Positions 37,955-49,126 of a stretch of DNA of 64,000 nucleotides are shown piece by piece. The stretch's first letter is position 1; every line of letters begins with the position of its first letter. This DNA is from Gemmatimonadaceae bacterium (lineage in GTDB: Bacteria > Gemmatimonadota > Gemmatimonadetes > Gemmatimonadales > Gemmatimonadaceae). Made by a program: the position numbers and the translations under genes. The notes below the pieces were generated by a model. The model saw only the letters and a program-made list of their open reading frames with translations. It searched no databases and was not told the DNA's origin. The stretch is taken from assembly GCA_045803545.1 (NCBI GenBank), contig JBJMOW010000002.1, positions 96,001 through 160,000 of the forward strand, read 5' to 3'.

Positions 37955-38695
37955 CTAAAGCCGTCGGATCCAGATATTCCGATAGCGTATCGGATTGCCG
38001 TGATCCTGCAGCGCCAATGACTCCTGTGGGCCGTGAGCGATATACACCGGCGCACGGTCGTGGTACGTGAGCCCGTACACCTCGACGTTGTTCTGAATCA
38101 GAACTCCGTTGTGCAGGACAGTGAACCGCGCGCGATCCACTACTTTCCCCATCTCGTCGAACCGTGGCGCGTGAAAGATGATGTCATACGCCTGCCACTC
38201 ACCCGGCTTCCGCGATGCATTTACGAGCGGCGGGTATTGTTTGTAGACCGAGCCCGCCTGTCCGTGATAATAGGTCTCGTTCTGATACGAGTCGAGCACC
38301 TGTACTTCGTATCGTCCCATCAGGAACACTCCGCTGTTCCCACGTTCCTGACCTTCGCCCTTCACCACCGATGGCGTCGCCCATTCGATGTGCAGCTGCA
38401 CATCGCCAAACTTCTCGACGCTGGCGATCCCCCCGGTGCCCGGGTTCACTTCCATGTATCCGTCGCGAACGATCCATTTGGCCGGACCGCCGTTATCGGT
38501 TTGCCAATGAGACAGATCCTTGCCATTGAACAACACGATCGCGTCAGACGGCGGATCAGCGTTGGTGAGTCCGGGCGTAACAATAGCTGGCGCTGTCTTC
38601 GGCGCCGGATATGGCGGCGACGCCTCAGGAGCCTGCGCGGCCGCCGAGGTGACGACCGCGGCAGCCGCGACGAGTGCTAAGCAGTAGCTCACCAT
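37955..38695 (-). CDS. DUF1080 / 3-keto-disaccharide hydrolase family secreted protein
   Basis: [39 protein letters not shown]. Signal peptide from ATG 38695. Confidence 0.85.
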   Translation of the reverse strand: MVSYCLALVAAAAVVTSAAAQAPEASPPYPAPKTAPAIVTPGLTNADPPSDAIVLFNGKDLSHWQTDNGGPAKWIVRDGYMEVNPGTGGIASVEKFGDVQLHIEWATPSVVKGEGQERGNSGVFLMGRYEVQVLDSYQNETYYHGQAGSVYKQYPPLVNASRKPGEWQAYDIIFHAPRFDEMGKVVDRARFTVLHNGVLIQNNVEVYGLTYHDRAPVYIAHGPQESLALQDHGNPIRYRNIWIRRL

Positions 38696-40266
38696 GGCAG
38701 CTGCGGCGAACGGAAGTAATTCCACCCGAGATAGTGCCATCGCGGCTCGTGTGTGACGATGCGGGAGCGGAAGCTCTCCCAGCTGCGTCCGGCTTGAGGG
38801 CTCCATCCAATTTCCGCAACCGCAGGCATTCGTGGGAGCGCGAGGTAGAACACCGCGCCGATGTTCCGAAGCGTTTCGCTCCAGATTGGGGCTTCGACGC
38901 CAAGGATATTTTGCTCGCCCACGCCCTTGAGATACATCGCCGGGTCCCAGTCGTATGCGTCGCGCTCTTCTATGAATGCGGCCCAGTTCAAACCTAGCTC
39001 GGTTGCCGGAGTGTACTTCATGTCGAGGTAGATCTTGTTGGACGGCGACATGATCAACTTCGCTCCCTGTGCAACGGCAGCAGTCGCTGAATCGCTCTTC
39101 CACTGCTGGGCGATCGTAGTCGGCAGCAGGTGCGCTTTGGTGATTTCCTCCCACCCAATCATCTTCTTGCCGTACTTGTTGACGATCGCCTGAGCGCGCT
39201 CGACAAACTTCACATACTGCTGGTTGGTCAGCGTTTGGACTTCGTCGCCGCCGATGTGGAAGTACGGTCCGGGAGTCATCGCGCTGATCTCGCGGACGAT
39301 GTCGTCGACGTAAGCGTAGGTCTCTTCCTTGTCGACGCAGAGACTGCTCCAGCCCACATCGGTTCCCGTGTAGAGACCAGTCTGGCGCGCGCTACATCCG
39401 TACTCGGGATATCCAGTCAGACCGGCGTTGCTGTGCGCCGGCATGTCGATTTCCGGAACGATGGTGATGTAACGGGCGGCAGCGTAGCGGATGATGTTCT
39501 GGTAATCCTGCTGGGTGAAAAAGCCTCCGGGACCGCCGCCAACCTGCGTCAGACTTCCGACCTCGGTGAGCTTCGGCCGCGAGTTTAGCTGAATGCGCCA
39601 GCCCTGGTCATCAGCGAGGTGGAGGTGCAGGACATTCATTTTGTACATTGCCAGCAGGTCGATGTACTGCTCAACCTCGCGTGGAGTGAAAAAGTGTCGC
39701 GCAACGTCCAGCATGGCGCCCCGCCATCCGAATCGCGGATAGTCGGTGATGGTGAGCGCAGGAATCGACCACTCGTTTCGATCGACTCCCATCTCGGATT
39801 CGATCTCCACCGGCAGCAGCTGTCTGATCGTCTGGGTAGCGTAGAAAAGCCCGGCCGGACTGTTCGCCGCCACTCGCACCGAATCAGGCGTGACCGTTAA
39901 CTGATAACCCTCATTACCCAGCGTCGCGTTGCCGGAATTCAGTCGCAACACGATTGCGCCGGGAGTCGCGGGCCCGCTCACCACGGTTACGGGATAGCCG
40001 GTTGGCGGACGAATCAATGCTGCCAGCTGCTCTCCGATTGCCGTCACCTCTGCACTTCCGGCGTCGACGACGATATTGGAGGTCCGCTGCAGCGTGAATG
40101 AGGCGCCTGGGGTGTACGCCATCGATACGGGCGCTGGAACCAGTTGCGGCGTCCGCGTGACTGGACCTGGGGCGGTAGCGGGCTTTGTAGCGCATGCTGC
40201 GCTCACCATTGCACCTGCTACTACAACGACACGCAGTTGGTTCTGCAGCAGTCCAATCAGACGCAT
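38689..40266 (-). CDS. GH20 beta-N-acetylhexosaminidase (lipoprotein-like)
   Basis: [36 protein letters not shown]. Confidence 0.93.
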   Translation of the reverse strand: MRLIGLLQNQLRVVVVAGAMVSAACATKPATAPGPVTRTPQLVPAPVSMAYTPGASFTLQRTSNIVVDAGSAEVTAIGEQLAALIRPPTGYPVTVVSGPATPGAIVLRLNSGNATLGNEGYQLTVTPDSVRVAANSPAGLFYATQTIRQLLPVEIESEMGVDRNEWSIPALTITDYPRFGWRGAMLDVARHFFTPREVEQYIDLLAMYKMNVLHLHLADDQGWRIQLNSRPKLTEVGSLTQVGGGPGGFFTQQDYQNIIRYAAARYITIVPEIDMPAHSNAGLTGYPEYGCSARQTGLYTGTDVGWSSLCVDKEETYAYVDDIVREISAMTPGPYFHIGGDEVQTLTNQQYVKFVERAQAIVNKYGKKMIGWEEITKAHLLPTTIAQQWKSDSATAAVAQGAKLIMSPSNKIYLDMKYTPATELGLNWAAFIEERDAYDWDPAMYLKGVGEQNILGVEAPIWSETLRNIGAVFYLALPRMPAVAEIGWSPQAGRSWESFRSRIVTHEPRWHYLGWNYFRSPQLPW

Positions 40267-40316
40267 GACGCCGGGCCTCCCTCTATAAAGGTCCGCTCGA
40301 CGCAGATGCCGAGCGT

Positions 40317-41420
40317 TTATGCCGCTAATACCGGAAGTGCAGTGCGACGCGCACGGGAGGACTCGATAAAACCACCGCCGAGAACGCGCTCGCCGTGATA
40401 GAGTACCACGGACTGACCCGGTGTGATAGACGCCACCGGCTCGTCGAGCGCGATCTCCAGTTCGTCGCCACCGATGCGGACGATCTCCGCCCGCGCGAGG
40501 CTGGCGCGATGTCGCACCCGAACGCTGATCTGGGTGCCGACAGATGGTCGGTCGCCCAGCCAGTTGATCTCGCGCGCAATGAGTCCGCTGCCTAGAAGCT
40601 CGTCGCGGGTGCCGATAACGACGGCCCGCGTTTCCGGCCTGATGGCGATGACGTACATCGGATGCGGGAAACCGCCGGGTACACCGCGTCGCTGGCCGAC
40701 GGTGTAACGCGCGAAACCGCGGTGCTCGCCGATGACAGCTCCATTCGAGATCATGATCGGACCAGGCTGCAACGCGGGAGCATCGGCCGGCAGACGCGAT
40801 TCGAGAATGCGCATGTAATCGCCGTCGGGAACGAAGCAGATTTCCTGGCTCTCTGCCTTGTCAGCGATTACCTCGAGGCCCATTGCATGTGCCAGCGCTC
40901 TGGTGCGCGGCTTGTCGAGGTCTCCGACAGGCAGCAGCATCCTCTGTAGCACTGCGTGATCGATTCCCCACAGGAAGTAGGTCTGGTCCTTATTGGCGTC
41001 GACGCCGCGATGCAGCTCGCCATTCACGATCCGCGCGTAGTGACCGGTCGCTATCCACCGCGCGTCAATGCCGTCCGCCTTCTTCAGAAAGTCGCGGAAC
41101 TTGGTGAAGGTGTTGCAGCGAACGCAGGGAATTGGCGTCCGGCCACGGGCGTATTCTTCGACGAAGTTGTCGACTACGTCGTGACTGAATCGGCTTTCCA
41201 GGTTCAAGACGTAGTGCGGAATGCCGAGCTGTTCGCAAACCCGTCTCGCATCGTTGACCGAATCGAGTGAGCAACACGGACGATCGGGCACGTCGGTGCC
41301 ATGACAGAATAGCTTCATGGTCGCGCCGATGACGTCATAGCCCTGCTCGACGAGCATCGCGGCGGCAACGGACGAATCGACGCCGCCGGACATCGCGACG
41401 AGAACTCTTTCCTTTGACAT
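40317..41420 (-). CDS. mnmA: tRNA 2-thiouridylase
   Basis: AMSGGVDSSVAA, TP.PC..CN, ATGHYA, KDQTYFL, ESQEICF, TPGQ. Confidence 0.96.
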   Translation of the reverse strand: MSKERVLVAMSGGVDSSVAAAMLVEQGYDVIGATMKLFCHGTDVPDRPCCSLDSVNDARRVCEQLGIPHYVLNLESRFSHDVVDNFVEEYARGRTPIPCVRCNTFTKFRDFLKKADGIDARWIATGHYARIVNGELHRGVDANKDQTYFLWGIDHAVLQRMLLPVGDLDKPRTRALAHAMGLEVIADKAESQEICFVPDGDYMRILESRLPADAPALQPGPIMISNGAVIGEHRGFARYTVGQRRGVPGGFPHPMYVIAIRPETRAVVIGTRDELLGSGLIAREINWLGDRPSVGTQISVRVRHRASLARAEIVRIGGDELEIALDEPVASITPGQSVVLYHGERVLGGGFIESSRARRTALPVLAA

Positions 41421-42580
41421 CACTGCGCCGTTGTCAGCTGGCGGGCCTTGGCCACCAGAGAGGGGAACACATCGATCACTCGATCGATGCACTCGTCGGT
41501 CGTAAGCATGCCGAGGCTCATGCGAACGGCAGCACTCGCCAGATCGGGCCGTACTCCGATTGCGCTGAGGACGTGAGATGGGTCGATGCTTCCGCTCTGA
41601 CACGCCGACCCGCCGGAGCATGCAATGCCGCGGAGATCGAGAGCCATCAACAACGATTCGCTGTCGGTGCCTGGAACCGAAACGTTGGTGATGTGGGGCG
41701 CGCGTTCAGCTCCGCGGCCGTGAATGACGGCGTCGGGCACCTTCTCGACGATGCCCGCTTCGAGCTTGTCACGCAGTTTCTGCAGCCGTGCGCAATGGGC
41801 TTCACATTCCGCGAGCGTTAGCTCGGCGGCGCGCGCCAGACCCACAGCTGCGGCCACGTTCTCCGTGCCGGGCCGGCGGCCGCGGTTCTGGGTGCCGCCG
41901 TGCAACAGCGGCTCGAGCTCGGTACCGCGCCGAATGAACAGGGCGCCGATTCCCTTTGGTGCACCGAACTTGTGGCCCGAGATCGTCAGCAAATCGAATA
42001 GCTGCTTCTGTGCGTCGATCTGCACTTTGCCGAATGCCTGTACAGCGTCGGTGTGAAAGATCGCGCCACGCTGCTTGGCCTTCGCCGCGAACTCCGGTAT
42101 CGGCTGAATGGTTCCGATCTCGTTGTTGACCCACATCATTGAGCAAACTGCGACCTGCTCGTCGACGAGCTTGTCGAATGATCCGCGGTCGACAACTCCA
42201 TCCTTTGTCATCGCGAGCAGACGCTCTTCGGCGCCTTCATCCGCTGCCTGATGAACGGCTCCGAGTACTGCCTTGTGCTCGATTGGGGTGGACGCGATGG
42301 CGTGGCGACCCCTCGCCTTCAGCGCGCGCCAGGCGCCGAGGATGGCGAAGTTGTCAGCCTCGGTGCCGCCGGAGGTGAAGCAGATCTCGTCCGGACGTGC
42401 TCCTAGACATCGGCCGACTCGCTCCCGGGCCTCGTCCAGCGCTGCGCGCGCTTCGCGTCCCCACCGATGGGTGCTGGACGGATTGCCGAAACGTGGGCCG
42501 TAGAACGGCTTCATCGCCTCGAAAACCTCATCGCGCACCGGGGTGGTGGCAGCATGGTCGAGATAAACCGGGTTTGGCAT
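41420..42580 (-). CDS. iscS: Cysteine desulfurase (IscS/NifS family)
   Basis: YLDHAATTP, GNPSS.H, TSGGTE, HTDAVQ, SGHK, SGGSAC. Confidence 0.93.
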   Translation of the reverse strand: MPNPVYLDHAATTPVRDEVFEAMKPFYGPRFGNPSSTHRWGREARAALDEARERVGRCLGARPDEICFTSGGTEADNFAILGAWRALKARGRHAIASTPIEHKAVLGAVHQAADEGAEERLLAMTKDGVVDRGSFDKLVDEQVAVCSMMWVNNEIGTIQPIPEFAAKAKQRGAIFHTDAVQAFGKVQIDAQKQLFDLLTISGHKFGAPKGIGALFIRRGTELEPLLHGGTQNRGRRPGTENVAAAVGLARAAELTLAECEAHCARLQKLRDKLEAGIVEKVPDAVIHGRGAERAPHITNVSVPGTDSESLLMALDLRGIACSGGSACQSGSIDPSHVLSAIGVRPDLASAAVRMSLGMLTTDECIDRVIDVFPSLVAKARQLTTAQ

Positions 42581-42594
42581 AGAGGAAATTTAGC

Positions 42595-43362
42595 TCATCC
42601 CTTGAAGAATTTGCTCCGCACTTCCCATAGCTTGGGGAAGAAGCGCTGCGAGACTGTTTTCTGCAGATATTTCGAGCCCAGGGTTCCTCCCGTGCCCGAT
42701 GTACCCGGGCCGATGATGCGCTCGACAAGCTGAACGTGCAGGAACCGCCACATCGCGAATCCCTGCTCATACTCCAACAGACTCTCGGCCAGCATCTGCA
42801 GCGGCCGCTGATTCTGCTCGGCGTAGATCTGTTCGAGTGTGACCTTGTGTGCCGAAAGAAGCTCGTCGAACAATTGCTGCAGCGTCGGTTTCGACAGCGC
42901 TTCGCGGACGAGGGGTGCGATTTCTCCGTGCTGCCTAAGCACCTGCATGAAGTGCTCGTCTCGCATTCCCGACATCGCTTCGATCGCGCGGAATTGTACA
43001 CTCTGCGAGCCGCTCGAGGTTCCGAGGTAGCCGCGAAACTGCGCGAATCGCTGCGGCGGGAGCGTCTCGAGCGCGGAGAGCTGTCCCGTGACGATGTGCA
43101 CGAGAGCGTTGACGCGTTTGACCGCATTCAACGCACCAAGCGTGTCGTGCCCTCGTAGCAGCTCAACGAGATGTTCGAGCTCGTGGATAATCAGCTTGAA
43201 CCACAGCTCGCTCGCCTGATGGACGATGATGAACAACAACTCGTCGGGGTGCTCGGGCCGCGATAGTGGTCGTTGCAGCGAGAGCAATTCATCGAGCGCG
43301 AGATAGGACGGATAAGTGACGTCGCCGTCGGACTTGGCGGATTTCTTCGCCTTACCAGTCAA
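42595..43362 (-). CDS. kynA: Tryptophan 2,3-dioxygenase
   Basis: Y..YL.LD.LL..Q, DELLFI..HQ.SELWFK, SG.QS.QFR, GTGGT.G..YL. Confidence 0.93.
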   Translation of the reverse strand: MTGKAKKSAKSDGDVTYPSYLALDELLSLQRPLSRPEHPDELLFIIVHQASELWFKLIIHELEHLVELLRGHDTLGALNAVKRVNALVHIVTGQLSALETLPPQRFAQFRGYLGTSSGSQSVQFRAIEAMSGMRDEHFMQVLRQHGEIAPLVREALSKPTLQQLFDELLSAHKVTLEQIYAEQNQRPLQMLAESLLEYEQGFAMWRFLHVQLVERIIGPGTSGTGGTLGSKYLQKTVSQRFFPKLWEVRSKFFKG

Positions 43363-44078
43363 AACGTCGACACCTCGAGCGCTGACACATCATCGACGCG
43401 CATTGTCTCGGTCGTGTAGAACGGCTCGCCGTAGCGACAACGAATGAGCGACCCATAATGAGCGGCGTGGTGCCGAATCAGGTCCGCGAGTGGCTCGCCG
43501 TTCGGGTAGACCTCACCGGCCTGCACTGCCTCGCCGAATTGAGAGTGGTACGCTGCAATGGCCTGGAGTTTCTTGTCGAACGAGTCGCTGATGTCGACCA
43601 CGAACGTCGGCTTCTGATAGTCTTCGCGAAACGACAGCGCGTGAACGACTTTGAGCGGCCGGTGCGCCGGCGAACTGGGCTCGATCTTTTTTAGCCCGGC
43701 CACGAAGCAGGCATCGCGCACGAGCTGAGCGACCATCGGATGATCCGGATGCCGCCCATGCAACGAGTGAGTTACGACGACGCGCGGCTGCAGCCGGCGA
43801 ATGACCAGCGCGACCTTCGCGCGGGTCTCAGGAGTGTTCAGAATTCCACTGTCGGGGAAACCGAGGTTCTCTCGCGTAGTGAGCCCCATGATTTTCGCCG
43901 CTTTGGCAGCCTCCTGCGCGCGCAGATCCGGCGAGCCTCTGCTCGCCATTTCGCCTGCAGCCAGATCCAGAATGGCGGTTGATCTGCCCAGCATCTGCGC
44001 GCGAATCAGCGTGCCGCCCGCAATCAGCTCTATGTCGTCGGGGTGTGCGCCAATCGCGAGAATGTCTACTCGTGTCAT
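43359..44078 (-). CDS. bshB1: PIG-L family deacetylase, bacillithiol BshB1-like
   Basis: GAHPDD.E, GE..SRG, HPDH, ACF.AGL, AY.SQF. Confidence 0.8.
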   Translation of the reverse strand: MTRVDILAIGAHPDDIELIAGGTLIRAQMLGRSTAILDLAAGEMASRGSPDLRAQEAAKAAKIMGLTTRENLGFPDSGILNTPETRAKVALVIRRLQPRVVVTHSLHGRHPDHPMVAQLVRDACFVAGLKKIEPSSPAHRPLKVVHALSFREDYQKPTFVVDISDSFDKKLQAIAAYHSQFGEAVQAGEVYPNGEPLADLIRHHAAHYGSLIRCRYGEPFYTTETMRVDDVSALEVSTF

Positions 44079-44087
44079 GGCGGGAAT

Positions 44088-45332
44088 TTACTCGTAGCGG
44101 AGCGCGGCGATTGGATCGAGCTTCGCCGCTCGTTGAGCGGGCAGCATCCCGAAGATCAGGCCAATGCTTACCGAGACCAGCACGGCAACCGCCGTAAGGG
44201 CAAGTGGCACCGAGGCGTCGATGTTCATCGCCAGCGTCGCGAGCCGGCCGAACGTCAGCCCGATGATGATGCCGAGTAGGCCGCCCAAACCGGTGAGCGT
44301 CGCCGCCTCGACGAGGAACTGCAGCAGGATTTCTTTCCGTGTCGCGCCGAGTGCTTTCCGAATTCCAATCTCGCGCGTGCGACTGGTGACGGAAACCATC
44401 ATGATCGCCATCACGCCAATACCACCGACGAGCAACCCGACGCTGGACAGCACGATCATGACAAGGAAAAAGACGCCCGTGATCTTGTTGAAGGTGTCGA
44501 GAATCTGATCTTGTGTGATAAGATCGAAGTTATTCTTGTCCGCCGGCCGCAACCTGCGCATCTCGCGAAGCGCGATTGTCACCGCTTCCTGTGCCTGCGC
44601 GGTCGTGACGTCCTTTCTCGGCTTTACTGGGATGTACAGCGCGTTCGTTTTGTCGATGGTGAATTGGTGATCCATCATCGCGTACGGAATGACCGCACCG
44701 ACATCCTGCCCGGGCGGCGAGAAGATATTGTCCGGCTGTGCGTAAAGTCCGATCACTCGCGCGGGACGTCCGCTGATGTGGATTTGTTTGTCGATGACGG
44801 ACTCACGGCCGAACAGCTTGCGGGCTGCTTTCTCGTCGAGAACTGCGACGCTGGCGCCCGAAGCGAGCTCCGCTGGCGTGAACCAGCGGCCGTCGAGCAA
44901 TTCGCCACCCTGGATCTCCTGGTAGCGGTCATCGGCGCCCATGATCAGGACGTTCTGCGTCCGCTGTGCTTCGTAGGACAATCGACCGTTATTTTGGGCC
45001 CAGATGGCGGCGTATGACACTTCCGGCAGTTGCTTGATGCGCTCTGCCTCGGCGTCGACCAGATCGGGCCGCACTCGAATCCGCTTCGGCAGGCGGTCGG
45101 GGTTTACCGGCGTCTGGGAAAACACCTTCACCACGTAGAAGGTTGTCGGCCCGGCAATCTCGATCGTGCGTACGATCTGTTCCTGGATGCCCTGAACGAT
45201 CGCCGCCATCGTCATCACGGTCGATACGCCGATGACGACGCCGAGAATCGTGAGCGACGAACGCAGCTTGTTCGCTCGCAAGGTGTCGAGCGCGAGCTGC
45301 ACGTTGCTGGCGATTTTCTCGGTGACGATCAT
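44088..45332 (-). CDS. MacB-type ABC permease (type B')
   Basis: LRS.LTILGV.IGV, GGIGVM.IM.VSV..RTREIG.RKALGA, LDPI.ALRYE. Confidence 0.92.
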   Translation of the reverse strand: MIVTEKIASNVQLALDTLRANKLRSSLTILGVVIGVSTVMTMAAIVQGIQEQIVRTIEIAGPTTFYVVKVFSQTPVNPDRLPKRIRVRPDLVDAEAERIKQLPEVSYAAIWAQNNGRLSYEAQRTQNVLIMGADDRYQEIQGGELLDGRWFTPAELASGASVAVLDEKAARKLFGRESVIDKQIHISGRPARVIGLYAQPDNIFSPPGQDVGAVIPYAMMDHQFTIDKTNALYIPVKPRKDVTTAQAQEAVTIALREMRRLRPADKNNFDLITQDQILDTFNKITGVFFLVMIVLSSVGLLVGGIGVMAIMMVSVTSRTREIGIRKALGATRKEILLQFLVEAATLTGLGGLLGIIIGLTFGRLATLAMNIDASVPLALTAVAVLVSVSIGLIFGMLPAQRAAKLDPIAALRYE

Positions 45333-46570
45333 TCCGCGCGCAAGGCATCAATAGGGTCGAGCTGCGCGGCACGCGAGGCCGGATACACTCCGAATAGCAC
45401 GCCGACTCCGGCACCAAGACTGAGCGCCAGCATCACTGACCACGCGCTGACCCGTGCCGGCAGCGGCGATGCGAGACTGACCAGGCCAGCCAGTCCCCAT
45501 CCGGCAACCACGCCAAACAGTCCGCCAATGCTGGCGAGCACGATCGCCTCTACGAGAAACTGCCGCTGAATGTCGCCGCGCTTGGCGCCCATCGCCTTGC
45601 GTACTCCTATCTCATGAGTGCGCTCGGTAACCGACATCAGCATGATGTTCATGATCACGATTCCGCCTACGACGACTCCGATCGCGACGATCGCGGGGAT
45701 CACCGAGAAGAGAATGCGCGTCAGATTCTTCCAGAAATCGACAAGAGCGTCGGCGGTCTCCACTGAGTAATCGGGTTCATCCGCGGGCCGCAGGTGATGC
45801 GCGACCCGCATTGCCTCGTCGGCGCGCAGCATGCCGCTCGGCACCAGATCGGCGCTCGGCATTTTTACGGACACGTTGTTCGTTTTGCGGCGACCGAACA
45901 CCATCTCGAAGTTCGGCAACGGCAGCAGTACGAAGCCATCGAAGGACTGGCCGAGCACGCGTCCCTTTTTCGCGATCGTGCCAACGACGGTGAACCGTTG
46001 CCCGAGAATGCGAATATCCTGACCAACTGGATCCACATTCTCGAACAGCTTCTCGCTGATGTCGGCGCCAATGACGGCGACGGAATGGTGTTCACGCACG
46101 TCGACATCGTTGATCGGACGGCCGCTGGCGAACACGTAATCCTGGACGGTCTGGTAGGGGGCGGTGATACCGAAGATGGCGACGTCGGCCTGCGTCTTGT
46201 TTCTCCAGACGAGGTCGGCAATTGGCACCGGCCAGCCCGTCTGCATGCTCACCGCGACCGCCTCTGGCACTGCCGCCTCGACTGCTGCCGCGTCCGATTC
46301 GGTTAACCGCGGCCGCCGCTGCAGCCGACGCCATTCTTCGTCATCAAACAACCCGATTCGAATCGGAGTTCTGCGGACCTGGAATGTGTTGGCGCCGATC
46401 AGTGCGCTGGCGAGGTTTTCCTTCACGTACGCATTCATTCCTGAGATGATGGCGACGACGGCCACCAGGAAGGCCACGGAAACGATGATGCCGAGCAGCG
46501 TGAAGAACGACCGCAGCTTGTTGACGCGGATCTGCTGGAGCGCGGTCGTGATGACGTCGGCGAAACGCAC
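45329..46570 (-). CDS. MacB-type ABC permease (type A')
   Basis: KLRSFFTLLG, GGIVIMNIML.SVTERT.EIG.RKA.GA. Confidence 0.92.
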   Translation of the reverse strand: MRFADVITTALQQIRVNKLRSFFTLLGIIVSVAFLVAVVAIISGMNAYVKENLASALIGANTFQVRRTPIRIGLFDDEEWRRLQRRPRLTESDAAAVEAAVPEAVAVSMQTGWPVPIADLVWRNKTQADVAIFGITAPYQTVQDYVFASGRPINDVDVREHHSVAVIGADISEKLFENVDPVGQDIRILGQRFTVVGTIAKKGRVLGQSFDGFVLLPLPNFEMVFGRRKTNNVSVKMPSADLVPSGMLRADEAMRVAHHLRPADEPDYSVETADALVDFWKNLTRILFSVIPAIVAIGVVVGGIVIMNIMLMSVTERTHEIGVRKAMGAKRGDIQRQFLVEAIVLASIGGLFGVVAGWGLAGLVSLASPLPARVSAWSVMLALSLGAGVGVLFGVYPASRAAQLDPIDALRAE

Positions 46571-46608
46571 GCCCTAATTTCGGGTAGTGCGCCGCGGTGC
46601 GCTACACT

Positions 46609-47880
46609 TTACTCGTAGCGCAGCGCTTCGACGGGATCGAGGCGAGCGGCGCGGGCCGCGGGGAGCAGGCCAAACAGAATGCCGGTGAAGGCGCTGGTTG
46701 CCAGAGCGGCCACCACGGCTGAAACAGGCGTCGATGCCGGGACGGCGGGGAACGCCGTCTTGATGCCAAGTGCGACGAGGATGCCGAGCACCAGCCCGAT
46801 CGCCGCCCCGATACTGGTGAGGGTCGCCGCCTCAACCAGGAACTGCCAGAGGATTGCGCTCTTCGTCGCGCCGAGCGCTTTACGCACACCAATCTCACGA
46901 GTGCGCTCAGTAACGCTGATCATCATGATCGCGACGACACCCACGCCGCCGACCAGCAGTCCGACCGAGGACAACGCGAGGCCGACCACGAAGAACGTGC
47001 CGAAAAGCTTATTGTAGATGCCCATCAGGCGATCCTGCGTCACGATCTCGAAGTTGTTCTTCTGCGAGCCGCGCAGTCCGCGACGAGAGCGCATTAGAGC
47101 GGTCACATCGTCTGTTGCTTCAGCCGTCGTCACGCCGGGCTCCGGCTTCACGATAAGGTCAACGCCGCGCATCCACGGATTCAGACTGCGGCGCGCACTC
47201 TCGAATGGTGCGATTGCCTTCGCCTGATCACCGCCGCCCGCTGACGTCGGCGTGCCCATCGGACTCGCCGTGTAGTGGTAGACGCCGATCACCTGGAACT
47301 GCACGCCATTGACGCCAATCATCTTGTCGATGGGATCCGAGGATCCGAACAGCCGTTCCGCAAGTTTCTGATTGACGATGATCACGCGCGACGCCGTCGT
47401 ATTCTCGGCGTACGTGAAGCTGCGTCCCGGATAGATGTCACCGCCATCTACATCGACCCAATTCGGCGTGTAGATCTCCATCCCCGTGCTCACCTGCTTG
47501 TCCTTATAGGTGAACTTTGCGCCGTCACCGATGTGAGCAGTTACCGCTTTGATTGATGGCAAGCGTTCCATCGCCTGCGCGTCGTCGATGGTGAGCGGCG
47601 GGTTGCGCCGCTCCGGACATGTCTCATCAGAGCCGTCGCAAGCCTGGAACCCGCCGATTGGACGGCGATAGATGTAGAACGACGTCGGCCCCGCCGCCTC
47701 GAGATCACGCGCGAAGCTCTCGTTGATTCCGCGAACGACCGACGACATCGCGACAACGACGAACACACCGATCGCGACGCCCATGATGGTGAGCGCGGCT
47801 CTGACCTTGTTGGAGCGGATCGAGTCGACCGCCATGCCAACGCCTTCGAAAGCGTTGAAGACTCGCTGCGCGAGGCGCAT
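46609..47880 (-). CDS. MacB-type ABC permease (type B)
   Basis: ATG 47880, NKVRAALT..GV.IGV, ERTREIGVRKALGA, LDPVEALRYE. Confidence 0.92.
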   Translation of the reverse strand: MRLAQRVFNAFEGVGMAVDSIRSNKVRAALTIMGVAIGVFVVVAMSSVVRGINESFARDLEAAGPTSFYIYRRPIGGFQACDGSDETCPERRNPPLTIDDAQAMERLPSIKAVTAHIGDGAKFTYKDKQVSTGMEIYTPNWVDVDGGDIYPGRSFTYAENTTASRVIIVNQKLAERLFGSSDPIDKMIGVNGVQFQVIGVYHYTASPMGTPTSAGGGDQAKAIAPFESARRSLNPWMRGVDLIVKPEPGVTTAEATDDVTALMRSRRGLRGSQKNNFEIVTQDRLMGIYNKLFGTFFVVGLALSSVGLLVGGVGVVAIMMISVTERTREIGVRKALGATKSAILWQFLVEAATLTSIGAAIGLVLGILVALGIKTAFPAVPASTPVSAVVAALATSAFTGILFGLLPAARAARLDPVEALRYE

Positions 47881-47882
47881 AG

Positions 47883-49124
47883 CTACTCCCTCCTCATCGC
47901 TTCGATCGGATCGAGCGAGGCGGCGCGGCGGGCTGGATAGATGCCTGACAGAATGCCGACCACCGTGCCCAGGAGTGTCGCCATGACGATTGACCACGGA
48001 GCGATCGCTGCCGGGAGCGGAGTTTTCCACTCGACAACCTTGGCGATGACGATGCCGAGAAGAATGCCGATGATTGCGCCGAGAGTGCTGAGCGTCGCCG
48101 CCTCGACCAGGAATTGGCGCATGATGTCGCGGCGCCTGGCGCCCAGTGATTTGCGGATGCCGATCTCTCGTGTGCGCTCTGCGACCGCGACGAGCATGAT
48201 GTTCATGATCACCATGCCGCCGACAATGAGGCCGATAGCGGGGAAGGCAGTGCCGGCCATGGTCATCACCTTCTTGAGCTTGTCCATGAACGCCAGCGCG
48301 CTCTCCGACGTCTCCATGAAGAAGTTGTCAGCCTCACTGGGCCGCAGCTTGCGCTTGCCGCGCATTACTTCGCGCACCGATTCCATTGCGTCCGTGAGAG
48401 TCAGTGCGGTCGGCGTCTGCACCATGATGCCGTCGACATCACCGCGCGGATTGGTGAAGTGGTGGAGCGGCGAGTTGTACGGTGCGATCGCAATTCGGTC
48501 GAGTGACAGACCAAACACGGAACCCTGTTTCTCGAGAACACCGATCACGGTGTAAGGCATGCCCTTGATGCGCAGCTGGCGATTGAGCGGATCGAGGTCG
48601 GGGAAGAAGTACTTCGCGACTTCGTCTCCAATCACGACGACCGGCGCTCCGAGAGATGATTCCTGCTGCGTGAACAGCCGACCCGAGTGAACGTCGTACT
48701 TCTTGATCGTGAAATAGTCGCCGTCGACGGCGTGGGCTTCGACCTGCTTCGGCCGGGCGAATGGCGATTGCGCCTGCAGGTACTCCTGGCTCTCTACCGC
48801 GTAGCGCGATCCAGTCGGGAGGACGCTGGCCACGAGCGGCAGGTCAGCGTGATAGATGCGTGGACGGCGCAACCAGCTGCGCCATTCCTCCTCTGAGCTG
48901 GCGCCGTCGCCGAACCATGGGAAGCGGCGCAGCGTGAAAGTGTTCACGCCGAGCAGCTTCGCCGCGAAATCGTTCTCCATGTAGCTACTCATGCCCTGCA
49001 CGATCGAGATGACCGCGATCAGGAACATCACGCCAATGCAGACGCCGAGCAGCGTGAAAAAACTCTTCAGCTTTTGCACGCGGATCTGCGCCAGAGCGAG
49101 CCAGATGGCTTCCGCGAACGGCAC
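47883..49124 (-). CDS. MacB-type ABC permease (type A)
   Basis: KLKSFFTLLG, IMNIMLVAVAERTREIGIRKSLGA. Confidence 0.92.
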   Translation of the reverse strand: MPFAEAIWLALAQIRVQKLKSFFTLLGVCIGVMFLIAVISIVQGMSSYMENDFAAKLLGVNTFTLRRFPWFGDGASSEEEWRSWLRRPRIYHADLPLVASVLPTGSRYAVESQEYLQAQSPFARPKQVEAHAVDGDYFTIKKYDVHSGRLFTQQESSLGAPVVVIGDEVAKYFFPDLDPLNRQLRIKGMPYTVIGVLEKQGSVFGLSLDRIAIAPYNSPLHHFTNPRGDVDGIMVQTPTALTLTDAMESVREVMRGKRKLRPSEADNFFMETSESALAFMDKLKKVMTMAGTAFPAIGLIVGGMVIMNIMLVAVAERTREIGIRKSLGARRRDIMRQFLVEAATLSTLGAIIGILLGIVIAKVVEWKTPLPAAIAPWSIVMATLLGTVVGILSGIYPARRAASLDPIEAMRRE

Positions 49125-49126
49125 TT

